A stretch of DNA of 64,000 bases from a virus (taxonomy: Duplodnaviria > Heunggongvirae > Uroviricota > Caudoviricetes): IMG/VR virus record IMGVR_UViG_3300012007_000011, positions 155-64,154 of that record; one strand, written 5' to 3'. The translations under genes were made by a program, and so were the position numbers. The notes beneath the pieces were generated by a model. That model searched no databases, had not been told where the DNA came from, and saw only the letters and a program-made list of their open reading frames with translations. The number at the start of each line of letters is the position of its first letter. Within the stretch, counting starts at the first letter, position 1. This document shows, piece by piece, positions 27,919 through 37,373 of this stretch.

Positions 27919-28461
27919 ATGAGAAAGAACAAAGGTTATCTAAAAGATATGCGTAAGTGTTGGCATAAGAAAGAACCCCATAATAGTTGTGCCAAAGGAG
28001 AAAACCTTACTCTTGAGCAATATGTCGGAAAGATAAATAACGCTTTTGATAGACGTATTGAAGGCTGCAAAAAAGACTATCAAAAGATATTAGAGAAAAC
28101 AACTCTTGTCGGTGATGATTTGCGAAAATATTGCCATGACCAACTAATGTGGGATGTGTTATTTGATGAAAAATCAAATTTAGTTCCGCTTAAAGATGCA
28201 ATTGCATATATTGAAGAACAAAGACGGAGAACTATTGGAAAACGTTTATATAGCAAATGGAACGGTTATCAGAAACGGATTGTTAATAAGGATAATCAGA
28301 AGTTTGTATATAATGATAGTAATGGCGGTAGTAATAAAAACACTATTCGTATTCCATCATTAAAACGTTCAAATGCGACTTGGAAAAGATTCTATGAGTT
28401 ATTTCCATTCCTAAAAGGTGAAAAAACATATAGAGGAATTAAATTAAAGAAAATTGATTAA
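27919..28461 (+). CDS. hypothetical protein (~180 aa)
   Basis: First ATG after the TATATTTGCACTG promoter (~27884). Confidence 0.45.
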   Translation: MRKNKGYLKDMRKCWHKKEPHNSCAKGENLTLEQYVGKINNAFDRRIEGCKKDYQKILEKTTLVGDDLRKYCHDQLMWDVLFDEKSNLVPLKDAIAYIEEQRRRTIGKRLYSKWNGYQKRIVNKDNQKFVYNDSNGGSNKNTIRIPSLKRSNATWKRFYELFPFLKGEKTYRGIKLKKID

Positions 28462-28746
28462 TTGACAATTATGGTAGAATTTGTATCTTATGACGGAAAG
28501 TACCCTTGTCTGTGTATGGGGACTCTTACAATTAAGGTTGACGGAAAGGCTTATCGTTTCAATCATGCTATGTCAAGCGGTGGCCATATTTGTGGCGGTC
28601 CCAGCACAGATTGGGATATGTGGGCTGAAGAAGGTGATTGGGAGGTTAATTTATATGAGCATCCTGAACTTGAACCTTACAAGGAAGAGATTACACGTGT
28701 AGTTAACGAAAATGTTGAACATGGTTGCTGTGGTGGCTGCATCTAA
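28462..28746 (+). CDS. Cys-rich small protein (94 aa)
   Basis: ORF. Confidence 0.4.
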   Translation: MTIMVEFVSYDGKYPCLCMGTLTIKVDGKAYRFNHAMSSGGHICGGPSTDWDMWAEEGDWEVNLYEHPELEPYKEEITRVVNENVEHGCCGGCI

Positions 28747-28751
28747 GTAAA

Positions 28752-29168
28752 ATGGAAATAAAAGATTACAAAATTGGAACATCTTTTGAGATAACATGTT
28801 CAAAAGAAAAACATAGAGTATCAGGAAAGGAAGATGGTAAATACTATTATCAAAATTTTGGAATAGTTAAAGAACATGCTTATATGTGGGGTGCTAATCC
28901 GGAGAATGTGATTACAGTAAAAGCCACTATTATTGAAGAAGACGTAATGTGTCAAAAATTAATGGTGGACAAAAACTATGATAACAATTCAATAGATTAT
29001 TTTGGTAGAATATCTTTTGATGAGGGGAAAATGGATATTCATTTAATATACCCAAATATTAAACAATATTTTATTTGTTTCCCTTATGGTACAGATGTTG
29101 GTCTATTTGACAAAGATGGAAATAGGGAAGAAATGAATGTCAGACTTAAAATTGAAGAATTATCATGA
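28752..29168 (+). CDS. hypothetical protein (~138 aa)
   Basis: ORF; start at the first ATG after the upstream stop. Confidence 0.4.
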   Translation: MEIKDYKIGTSFEITCSKEKHRVSGKEDGKYYYQNFGIVKEHAYMWGANPENVITVKATIIEEDVMCQKLMVDKNYDNNSIDYFGRISFDEGKMDIHLIYPNIKQYFICFPYGTDVGLFDKDGNREEMNVRLKIEELS

Positions 29169-29908
29169 GATATTGCGGAAGTAAAAGAAAATTTATGAAG
29201 TATCTTCTTCCTATTTTGACAAAGGATATGGACGAAAATACGCTGTTTGTTGACCTGTTTGGCGGTGGTATGAATGTTGTGTGTGAAATTCCTTGTGAAG
29301 TGAAAATTGCTGTTGATTATAATAAGTATGTTATTGCATTATGGAAAGAACTGCAAGAAAACGGCATGAAGAACATACCAACAGAGGTATCAGAGGAAAT
29401 GTATAATGATGTAAAATCAGATTACATAAATCACAGCAACAAATATGAAGACTATATTATTGGCTATGTCGGTACATGTTGCAGTTTTGGTGGCTCATGG
29501 TTCAATGGCTATGCAAGATTCAATCCAAACAAAAATGAAGACCACATCAAGGAGGCATATAATGGATTGAAAAAACAAGTTGAAAACTTTATTGGTCTTA
29601 AAAAGACTGTATTCCTGCATTGTACATATAATATGGTATTGCTGCACAAAAACGATATTGTGTATTGTGACCCACCATACGCTTCAACAAAGAAATATGA
29701 ATCTGATTTTGACAATAATCTGTTTTGGGAGTGGGCAAGGGAAGCAAGTAAAAAAGTGAAGAAACTTTATGTGTCGGAATATGACGCACCAGACGATTTC
29801 GAATGTATTTGGCAAATGGAAAAAAAGGATTCTCTTGGTACACAGAAAGGAAAGAAACAGAACACAAAAGTAGAGAAATTATTTGTATATAAAGGAAAAA
29901 ATAATTAA
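29165..29908 (+). CDS. Dam-like N6-adenine DNA methyltransferase (alpha-class)
   Basis: Motif I VDLFGGGMNV comes before motif IV VYCDPPYAS, the order typical of T4-Dam/Dam-family enzymes. Confidence 0.65.
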   Translation: MRYCGSKRKFMKYLLPILTKDMDENTLFVDLFGGGMNVVCEIPCEVKIAVDYNKYVIALWKELQENGMKNIPTEVSEEMYNDVKSDYINHSNKYEDYIIGYVGTCCSFGGSWFNGYARFNPNKNEDHIKEAYNGLKKQVENFIGLKKTVFLHCTYNMVLLHKNDIVYCDPPYASTKKYESDFDNNLFWEWAREASKKVKKLYVSEYDAPDDFECIWQMEKKDSLGTQKGKKQNTKVEKLFVYKGKNN

Positions 29909-29911
29909 GTT

Positions 29912-30409
29912 ATGAAAGTAGAAGGTATTACATTGGTCATTACCGACCCTTGTTACATTAAAAAATCACCTGGTGTAACAAAGTATCTTGATAGAAGTAC
30001 TATCTATGGTGATTGGAGTTGTATGTGTTATAAAGGTGACAAGGAAGAGGCAAAGAAGAAGTCAAAAGAGTGGGACAATTATTATTTTAATTTCTTCAAT
30101 ACATACAATTTTGGTGACTTAAATGAAGAAGAAAAGAAGAATTTATCCAAAGAGTTCGCTAAAACAAAGAAAGAATTTATTGAAGCAAACTGTTATGGTG
30201 AGTTTTGTGCTGATAGCGGTCAAGTTGCCGTGTTTGACTATGGTACATTGAGCGAAACGGATAAGGAGTGGATTAAACAACACGATTGGTGTGCTTGTAT
30301 AGTTCCAGATTACACTGGTGAGTTTGTATATGTTATAGAAGGTGAAGGTGACAATCGTTCAGCGCATATTGTCGGTGATGGTTTTTATACAACACAGAGT
30401 GGTCTTTAA
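29912..30409 (+). CDS. hypothetical protein (165 aa)
   Basis: ORF. Confidence 0.45.
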   Translation: MKVEGITLVITDPCYIKKSPGVTKYLDRSTIYGDWSCMCYKGDKEEAKKKSKEWDNYYFNFFNTYNFGDLNEEEKKNLSKEFAKTKKEFIEANCYGEFCADSGQVAVFDYGTLSETDKEWIKQHDWCACIVPDYTGEFVYVIEGEGDNRSAHIVGDGFYTTQSGL

Positions 30410-30428
30410 CATTATTTTAACAAAAAAA

Positions 30429-30460
30429 TTTGGTCATTTAAAAATTTTACACTAATTTTG
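30429..30460 (+). promoter_or_regulatory. Bacteroidetes sigma-A type promoter (TTTG-N20-TAATTTTG)
   Basis: Motif and spacing match. Confidence 0.6.
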
Positions 30461-30486
30461 CAAACAGAAATTAAAAACAGAACAAA

Positions 30487-31017
30487 ATGACTTGGTTTAA
30501 TATTTTATTTTTTAGCGTTTTTGCTATCCTATTTCTAAAATCATTTATATCATGGGTTATAGGTGATGTTGATGTGGATATTGATTTTGATGGTGACACT
30601 GATATTGATGTAAGTGGAATGTTGTCCTTTAAAGGTATGTTACATTTCTTATTGGGCTTCTCATCAGTTCTAACGGCTGTTGGTTATGAGAATACACATT
30701 CATTAGCCATACCGTATACATTCTCTCTAAGCACTTATATTTTCGCTGTATGCGTTGGAATCGTAATGATGGTATCATTGTTCTACTTATACAAATTTAT
30801 GCTTAAATTAAACCATTATACAAGTGATAACCCAAATTTAAATAATACGAATGGTAAAATATATTTGATTGATGGTGACGGACAATATCAAGTGTTGGTA
30901 GACACGCCAAATGGTACATTCAAAAAGACAGCATATTCAGAAAACAAGAATCACAAAATTGGTGAGGATATTATATTGAAATGGGATGAGGAAAATAAGA
31001 GATATTTTTTTAATTAA
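30487..31017 (+). CDS. YqiJ/NfeD-like membrane protein (partner of an SPFH protein)
   Basis: N-terminal TM segment, acidic DVDVDIDFDGDTDIDV repeat as in YqiJ (DUF1449), 2 further TM segments, and a C-terminal OB-like soluble domain. Confidence 0.55.
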   Translation: MTWFNILFFSVFAILFLKSFISWVIGDVDVDIDFDGDTDIDVSGMLSFKGMLHFLLGFSSVLTAVGYENTHSLAIPYTFSLSTYIFAVCVGIVMMVSLFYLYKFMLKLNHYTSDNPNLNNTNGKIYLIDGDGQYQVLVDTPNGTFKKTAYSENKNHKIGEDIILKWDEENKRYFFN

Positions 31018-31043
31018 TTAACTTTTAAAATTTATAACAAAAA

Positions 31044-32966
31044 ATGGAAACAGGAACAATTATTAGTTTGGTATTGATTGCAGTTGCTGCAATAGTTGTA
31101 ATTGGAACTATTTGGGGGCTTCTTTCACGTTATCGGAGGTCTGCACCTGATGAGTTGCTGGTTGTCTTTGGTAAGGCGGGAAAGATGAAGACTGAAGATG
31201 GTAAGACAATTGTGACACCCTCAAAGATTATTCAAGGTGGTGGTGCATTTGTGTGGCCAATTATTCAAGACTTCAAGAAAATGTCAATGAAGCCTATTCA
31301 GATTAAGGTTAATGTTGACGGTATTGATTCACAGGCGATTCCTATGCATTTGCCAGTTGTATTGACTACTGCAATTTCGCAAGACAAACTTATTCAGCAA
31401 AATGCTGCAACACGTTTTTTGAGTGCTAACCCTGCCGAGGTTGAACGACAGATTTCTGAGATTTTGGTTGGTGAGACACGTGCTATCATGGCAACAATGC
31501 TTATTGAGGAAATCAATGCAGACCGTAACACATTCTTGGGTAAGGTCCGTGAATCACTTGAACAAGAGTTAACCAAGGTTGGTTATGAACTTACCAATAT
31601 TAACATTTCAGAAATTACGGATGATGCAGATTATATCCGCAATATGGGTAAGAAAGCAGCAACCAAGGCAAAGGCTAATGCTGAAGCAGATATTGCCGAG
31701 CAGACCAAGCAAGGTAATGTAAAGATTGCCAATACTCGCAAGGAAGAGGAAATTGCAGTATCACAAGCAGAGCGTGACAAGCAGATTAGTGTTAACCAAG
31801 CAAAGCAGGAACAAGAGGTAAAGGTTGCCGAGATTAACCGAGAAAAGGAAATCAAACTTGCAGAAGCCGATAAGGAGCGTGAGTCTGGTATTGCTCTCCA
31901 AGAGGCTGAAAAGGTAGCCAATATTGCAAGGGCTAATGCTGATGCAGAGTCTAAAAAGGCCGAATATGAAGCACTTCAGACAAAGAACATTGCAAAGGCA
32001 GAAGCCGATGCCGAAGCCGCACAGAATGAGGCAGAAGCACAAAAGCAAGTACGTATTGCCAAAGCAAAGCAGGAACAAGAGGCTGAGACTATTAAGGCAA
32101 CACAGGAAAAGGAAGCAAAGGCCGCTGAGTATGAATCAAACAAACGTCAGCGCAAGGCAGAACAGGACAAGTTGGCTGGTGTTGCAGAGCAGGAAGCAAA
32201 GATTGATGTTGCCAAGGCACGTGCCAAGGCAGGACAAGCAGAAGCAGATGCTGTAAAGGTATCAGAGACCGCAAAGGTAGAGGCAGAAATGTCAGTTGCA
32301 AAGACACGTCAAGAACGTCAGTTGGAGGTAAATCAAGCAGAGGCAAAGGCACAGGAAGCAAAACTGAGAGCAACTGAGATTGTACCGGCAGAGAAGGCAA
32401 AGGAAAAGGCTGTGATTTTCGCAGAAGCCACAAAGAAGAAGGCTGAATTGGAAGCAGAAGCAACAAAGGCTAAGATTCTTCGTGAAGCAGAGGCAGAAGC
32501 AGAGAAAATCCGTTTGGCTAAGAATGCAGAAGCAGAGGGTGAAAAGAACATCCTTATGGCACAGGCAGAAGGTAAGAGGGCATCATTACTTGCAGAAGCA
32601 GAAGCTGAGCAGCAAAAAGCACTTGCAGAAGCAATGGCGTTTGAATATATGATTAAGGCTTCTGGAAGCCCTGATATGGCTGTTCAGTGGAAGATGGTTG
32701 ACCAATACAAGGGTATTGCGGAAGCACAGGCACACGCACTTGAACATATCAATTTGGGTAATGTGACGGTATGGGGGTCCGAAAATACGGGAGCATCTTT
32801 TGCAAGTAGTTTTGTAAAGAATTTCGCCCCGGTTCTTGCAACAATTAATTCGGAAGTTAAAGACCAATTTAAAGATTTGTTTGGAATTGCTAAAAATAAA
32901 GAAGAGGTAAAAGCTGTTGAAGATAAAAGTAAAGAATCTGAGAATAATTTTGAAAATGTAGATTGA
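31044..32966 (+). CDS. flotillin-like SPFH (band-7) protein, YqiK-like
   Basis: N-terminal TM segment, SPFH domain (PDELLVVFGKAG...WPIIQDF...), then a ~350-aa Ala/Glu/Lys/Gln-rich coiled coil typical of flotillin/YqiK. Confidence 0.75.
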   Translation: METGTIISLVLIAVAAIVVIGTIWGLLSRYRRSAPDELLVVFGKAGKMKTEDGKTIVTPSKIIQGGGAFVWPIIQDFKKMSMKPIQIKVNVDGIDSQAIPMHLPVVLTTAISQDKLIQQNAATRFLSANPAEVERQISEILVGETRAIMATMLIEEINADRNTFLGKVRESLEQELTKVGYELTNINISEITDDADYIRNMGKKAATKAKANAEADIAEQTKQGNVKIANTRKEEEIAVSQAERDKQISVNQAKQEQEVKVAEINREKEIKLAEADKERESGIALQEAEKVANIARANADAESKKAEYEALQTKNIAKAEADAEAAQNEAEAQKQVRIAKAKQEQEAETIKATQEKEAKAAEYESNKRQRKAEQDKLAGVAEQEAKIDVAKARAKAGQAEADAVKVSETAKVEAEMSVAKTRQERQLEVNQAEAKAQEAKLRATEIVPAEKAKEKAVIFAEATKKKAELEAEATKAKILREAEAEAEKIRLAKNAEAEGEKNILMAQAEGKRASLLAEAEAEQQKALAEAMAFEYMIKASGSPDMAVQWKMVDQYKGIAEAQAHALEHINLGNVTVWGSENTGASFASSFVKNFAPVLATINSEVKDQFKDLFGIAKNKEEVKAVEDKSKESENNFENVD

Positions 32967-32986
32967 GTTTACATTTGAAATCTTAA

Positions 32987-33021
32987 AAGATGGTGGACTA
33001 TTAGTGTATTCCACCATCTTT
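32987..33021. terminator. bidirectional terminator hairpin overlapping the 3' end of the - strand gene
   Basis: AAAGATGGTGGA..loop..TCCACCATCTTT. Confidence 0.4.
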
Positions 33022-33996
33022 CTTGTATTTAATGTCATATAACATTTCGTTTAAATCTGCATAATATGTGTGTTTATTTTTAAAAGTAGTTGGTACATTT
33101 TGGTCAGTGAAATAAAAAACATCAATACCATGTTCTTTGCATTGTTTAAATTTTAATTCATCTCGTTCTATTAATTCGTTAAATGTAAATATTTTTGTTT
33201 CTGTTGAAATGTTTGAAGAAAATGACGTTGCTTGAAAATGTTGTATTCCTTGACATTCAATTGCACTGTTATATTCCGGTAAATAAAAATCTAATTTCAT
33301 ATTAGTTTTATTTTTTAACCATTTAAACGTCTTTTCTTCAATAAAATATATTTTATTCTCTGACAAAAAATTAGATAAATATTTTTCAAGTTTTGATTTT
33401 TGACACTTTGGACAACCATTTCCTTGTAAATGTTTGTCTGGTGTTTGCCAAAACTCACCATGTTCTGGACATATGATACATACCTTTGTTTTGTTATTAA
33501 TATAATTTACGTTAGAATAATCATACAGGTTGTTATGTATATATTTTGCTTTCTCTATAAAAGTATTATTGTTTGAGGCTAATTTTTGTTTGTATTTTAT
33601 TTTTCCACATTCAGGACATCCGCAACCTCTGATATGTGAATTTGCTTCTTGCCAAAATTCACCATGTTCTGGACATATGATACAAACCTTTTTAGTGTTA
33701 TCAATATAGATTGTCTTAGAATAATCGTATTTGTTATTATGCACCCTTTGTGCTTCTTTAATAAAATCTTCATTTGTTTTGGTTAAACGCTTTTTATGGT
33801 TTTCGTATTTACATTTTCTACATCCTTTACCACTTAAATGGCAATTTGGCGTTTGCCAAAACTCTCCGTGTTCGGGACATATGATGCACACCTTTGTTTT
33901 ATTGTTAACATATTCCACCTTTGAATAATCATACTTGTCACCATGTACTTTTCTTGCATGTTCTATAAATTCCTCTGTTGTTACTCTTTGTTGCAT
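33001..33996 (-). CDS. homing-endonuclease-like protein: 3 zinc-ribbon modules plus a Vsr/PD-(D/E)XK-like C-terminus (paralogue of 3858..5000)
   Basis: The same repeat signature (YDYSKVEY.NN.TKVCIICPEHGEFWQ..H..G.GC..C) three times, and a C-terminal LDFYLPEYNSAIECQGIQHF. Start taken at the ATG at 33996 (the track start is a GTG at 34002). Confidence 0.6.
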   Translation of the reverse strand: MQQRVTTEEFIEHARKVHGDKYDYSKVEYVNNKTKVCIICPEHGEFWQTPNCHLSGKGCRKCKYENHKKRLTKTNEDFIKEAQRVHNNKYDYSKTIYIDNTKKVCIICPEHGEFWQEANSHIRGCGCPECGKIKYKQKLASNNNTFIEKAKYIHNNLYDYSNVNYINNKTKVCIICPEHGEFWQTPDKHLQGNGCPKCQKSKLEKYLSNFLSENKIYFIEEKTFKWLKNKTNMKLDFYLPEYNSAIECQGIQHFQATSFSSNISTETKIFTFNELIERDELKFKQCKEHGIDVFYFTDQNVPTTFKNKHTYYADLNEMLYDIKYKKDGGIH

Positions 33997-34003
33997 AATC
34001 ACA

Positions 34004-34174
34004 TCACTTGTTGTTAATTATATTATCAATATCCTCAATTCTATATTTCCGTCTGTTTGTCGGTGTGCGTACAGATTTCAATTTACCCCATTTGTCCCAA
34101 TTTCTTAAAGTTTGCTGTGTTACACCTAATATTTTGGCTGTCTCTTTAATTCCAAGTAAAGATTCGTTTGTCAT
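34004..34174 (-). CDS. small MerR/excisionase-type helix-turn-helix protein (56 aa)
   Basis: MTNESLLGIKETAKILGVTQQTLRNWDKWGKLKSVRTPTNRRKYRIEDI matches the MerR-N/Xis HTH pattern (..LGVS..TLR.WE..GLL.P.R...G.R.Y...D). Its stop overlaps the start of the endonuclease gene. Confidence 0.5.
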   Translation of the reverse strand: MTNESLLGIKETAKILGVTQQTLRNWDKWGKLKSVRTPTNRRKYRIEDIDNIINNK

Positions 34175-34251
34175 ATTTTTATAATTTTTGTTATTTATTT
34201 ATAATAAATATAATGTTTTTATAGTTTTTTTCAATTTTTAACATCAATATT

Positions 34252-34282
34252 TTTGCCGACTAAAATATTTGTATTATATTTG
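34252..34282 (+). promoter_or_regulatory. Bacteroidetes sigma-A type promoter (TTTG-N19-TATATTTG)
   Basis: Motif and spacing match. Confidence 0.55.
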
Positions 34283-34308
34283 CAGTAGTAAAATAAATAA
34301 GGAGAAAT

Positions 34309-35136
34309 ATGACAGAAAAAATAGTATTTGATTATAAGCGTGTTACAAAGGGTGATGTAAATGACCATGTTTTTGACAATTATGGAAATGAGTATATCCA
34401 CTTTAAAACAGATAATGATGGCATAGTGTGGTTTAAAAAATTGGAGAATAATGATTATTATGCTTTCAATAAAAAGGGCGAAATGCTAAACCGTAAAGAA
34501 GTATTTCTACACATTGAACATAAAACAGATATTAAGAAATATAAGTATTTGGTTCGTAATTTATCATGTAAAGAAAATAAGATTTTTTATTTAAAAATAA
34601 GTGATAATTGTTATTTTGAATTTAGAACTGATAATTTATATGTTGATTATAAGTTTGTAAAGGGTCATGAATATTATTTTGAAAATTGCCATGAACCTGA
34701 CTATGACGAAAAAAAAGTTATGTTTAACCGTCTATATGATTTGGGCTATGGTTATAATTGGGCAAAACAAGAAATATTCCAAAACATTGATTTAATACAA
34801 AGAGACAAATTTTATATATACAGTAATACGGTATTTAAAGCGTCTCATGACATTGTTTACGATTATAGAAAGGACAACATGTCAATTCCTTATGAATTTC
34901 TTGTTGATTTGGATTCTAAAAAACAAAGACGAATGTATGAGAATGCAACTTTGGGACTGCCGAGTTACATATGTGTAAGAGAAGCAACCGAACAGGAAAT
35001 AGGACAAGCAAAAGAAATTTATGAAAGTATGAAAGTAACTTTCCAGAATGTTGAACGTAAACTAATAAATATTAAAATTGATTTAGATGAAACATTACAA
35101 ATGTTGTACAAACTAAAAAACGAAAATGGACAATAA
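34309..35136 (+). CDS. hypothetical protein (275 aa)
   Basis: ORF after the promoter. Confidence 0.5.
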   Translation: MTEKIVFDYKRVTKGDVNDHVFDNYGNEYIHFKTDNDGIVWFKKLENNDYYAFNKKGEMLNRKEVFLHIEHKTDIKKYKYLVRNLSCKENKIFYLKISDNCYFEFRTDNLYVDYKFVKGHEYYFENCHEPDYDEKKVMFNRLYDLGYGYNWAKQEIFQNIDLIQRDKFYIYSNTVFKASHDIVYDYRKDNMSIPYEFLVDLDSKKQRRMYENATLGLPSYICVREATEQEIGQAKEIYESMKVTFQNVERKLINIKIDLDETLQMLYKLKNENGQ

Positions 35137-35368
35137 GGGTAGGAAATTCTTTTTTGGAAAATATAAAGGAAAATATATTAATGATATCATTATCAACGAT
35201 ACACAATATATCACATGGTCAATGAAAAATATTGATTGGTTTTGGTATAATCATGATGAAGTAGAACTCTACAAGCAACAGATTAAACTTGGAAAAAAGC
35301 CAAAAAACCAATATGAATTAATAATGGAAAACATTAAGCAAGAAGAAAATGGAAATACAAGAGGTTAA
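35126..35368 (+). CDS. small protein with an FGKYKGKYI motif (DUF3820-like)
   Basis: FFFGKYKGKYINDII..W motif; paralogous motif in 42734..43054. Confidence 0.4.
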   Translation: MDNKGRKFFFGKYKGKYINDIIINDTQYITWSMKNIDWFWYNHDEVELYKQQIKLGKKPKNQYELIMENIKQEENGNTRG

Positions 35369-35729
35369 AGACAAATTGAAAAAAGAAAAAGAAGAAAGAT
35401 ATAATACTGTTCTCAACCATTGGAAAGAACGAAAACCTTTCAGAGACGAGGATGATATTCCGCCAATACCAATTGTATTGCCAAAAGACTATGAGGAAAT
35501 AATTGTTCCAAACATTATAAGATGCGGAGGCATTCCAAAAGATAAACTGATAGTTGGCAAAACATATATTGGAGATTGTAGGAACGCAACAGAAGCTGTT
35601 TGGGATGGTGAGAAATTTACATATATGCGGACAAAGTTCGGAAGTACTTATCCAGAAACAATAAATCATTTTCAAGATGATGATGGATATGACCTATTTG
35701 TTCCATTAAAAATAAAAGATGAAAAATAA
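35349..35729 (+). CDS. hypothetical protein (126 aa)
   Basis: ORF. Confidence 0.4.
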   Translation: MEIQEVKDKLKKEKEERYNTVLNHWKERKPFRDEDDIPPIPIVLPKDYEEIIVPNIIRCGGIPKDKLIVGKTYIGDCRNATEAVWDGEKFTYMRTKFGSTYPETINHFQDDDGYDLFVPLKIKDEK

Positions 35730-35734
35730 CATAT

Positions 35735-36157
35735 ATGGCTAGCATTATTAACTTAAACAATATTTGTAAAATTGTTTTAAGGAAAAAAGAAAAAACTGAC
35801 GATTTTAAATGGGTAACAAGGCAAACTTTTTCACAGTGGTTTATGAACTTGTTTCGCAAAGATAAAGTTACAACAAGTTATGTCAAATTTCGTCTAAAAG
35901 GTGATTGCTACATAGTCACTGACATTGAAAATGATTTATTAGGAGAAGAATGGTTTAACAAAAAATATGAATATAATAGTGCAACCAAAATATTTTTTGA
36001 AAAACCACATGTTGCATTATGGTATTCTGATTTTAATCATTCATATGAAATACGATACTTCGAAAGTAATAAAGAAGCAACTGATTATTTTAACAAACTA
36101 AATGATTATGCGCAAAAACAGAATGTACCATTTATAAACATGGATGCCGGAAAATAA
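35735..36157 (+). CDS. hypothetical protein (140 aa)
   Basis: ORF. Confidence 0.45.
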   Translation: MASIINLNNICKIVLRKKEKTDDFKWVTRQTFSQWFMNLFRKDKVTTSYVKFRLKGDCYIVTDIENDLLGEEWFNKKYEYNSATKIFFEKPHVALWYSDFNHSYEIRYFESNKEATDYFNKLNDYAQKQNVPFINMDAGK

Positions 36158-36179
36158 ATTTGATATAATATAATTTTTT

Positions 36180-36470
36180 ATGTTTAAAGATGTTGAAGAA
36201 TTAAAGGATTTATTAAGAGAAATGGGATATGGGGACACTGTTGTGTTTGAAAATCCCTCATATATTAAAGCAATAATTGGAATAAGTGATGTTGGTGGTC
36301 TATGTTATTCATATGAAAAAATGATTCAATGCCTAATGGAAGAAGACGGAATGAATTATGAGGAAGCAATGGAATTTATTGATTATAATACTGTGAGAGC
36401 ATTACCTTATACTTCATCATATGGTAATAGACCGATTATAGTATATAATGATTTTTCCCAAGAGGAATAA
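36180..36470 (+). CDS. hypothetical protein (96 aa)
   Basis: ORF. Confidence 0.4.
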   Translation: MFKDVEELKDLLREMGYGDTVVFENPSYIKAIIGISDVGGLCYSYEKMIQCLMEEDGMNYEEAMEFIDYNTVRALPYTSSYGNRPIIVYNDFSQEE

Positions 36471-36488
36471 AACTTTAAAAATAATATA

Positions 36489-37361
36489 ATGTTAAACTTA
36501 AATAGAATAAAAGAAAGCAATGAGAATAAACATATTCCAAAGGAAATTGAGGAAACACGTAATCTGATTACTGAATCCTTTAAAGATTTGGAATTTGTTG
36601 AAGACGTTCATAAATACTTTTTGCCAAAAGGAAAAAAGAAAATTGAACTACCAAGTGTAAGTTCGATTATTAAACGTTGGGAACAAGAAGTTGATTGGGA
36701 TGAAAAGGCTGAACTTAAAGCATTAAGTTTGGGTATTCCAACAGAAGAATTGAAAAGGCAATGGCATGAAAACAATATAATCAGTACATCTTGTGGTTCA
36801 AAAACGCACTTTTTCGGTGAAAACGCAATGAATATGTTCATTGGTAGGGAGGATTTGGCGAAACAGAATATGCCTTTCCAATATACCGAAGATGGTTATC
36901 TTATACCATATTGTCCGAAAGAATGGGCGATTACGCAATATTATGAGGATATAATGAACAATGAAAACGTCTATCCTGTAATGCCGGAGGCAAAAATATA
37001 CACTAATTATAACAAGACGTTTAAAATGAAACAACCATATGCAGGTACTTTTGATATACTACTTGCATATAGATATAAAGGGGAAATAGTATACAGCATT
37101 CATGATTTCAAAACAAATAAGGATTTATATAAAGCATTTAGCAGAAGTAATGGCGTAATGATGCTTCCACCATTTGATGAAATGGGATTTTATGAAGAAC
37201 CATATTACCATTATGTAATTCAATTAAATTGTTATCAGTTAGGGTTAATGCAATTGGGTTTGAAAATTGTTGACAGAAATCTTATTTGGCTTAAAGAAGA
37301 TGGTACTTATGAAAAAATTAAAGTACCAGATATTACACAAGTTTTATTACCATTATTATAA
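36489..37361 (+). CDS. PD-(D/E)XK nuclease of the RecB/Cas4/YqaJ/lambda-exonuclease type
   Basis: Ordered motifs GTFDILLAY (motif II D), IHDFKTNK (D.K) and YHYVIQLNCYQ (QxxxY). Confidence 0.5.
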   Translation: MLNLNRIKESNENKHIPKEIEETRNLITESFKDLEFVEDVHKYFLPKGKKKIELPSVSSIIKRWEQEVDWDEKAELKALSLGIPTEELKRQWHENNIISTSCGSKTHFFGENAMNMFIGREDLAKQNMPFQYTEDGYLIPYCPKEWAITQYYEDIMNNENVYPVMPEAKIYTNYNKTFKMKQPYAGTFDILLAYRYKGEIVYSIHDFKTNKDLYKAFSRSNGVMMLPPFDEMGFYEEPYYHYVIQLNCYQLGLMQLGLKIVDRNLIWLKEDGTYEKIKVPDITQVLLPLL

Positions 37362-37373
37362 AAGAAGAAAATT

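Noticed and set aside
31394-32551. Several + and - strand ORFs of 60-124 aa nested in the flotillin gene.
   Set aside because: Products of the repetitive GC-rich Ala/Glu/Lys coiled-coil codons. The flotillin frame is continuous and has homology support.
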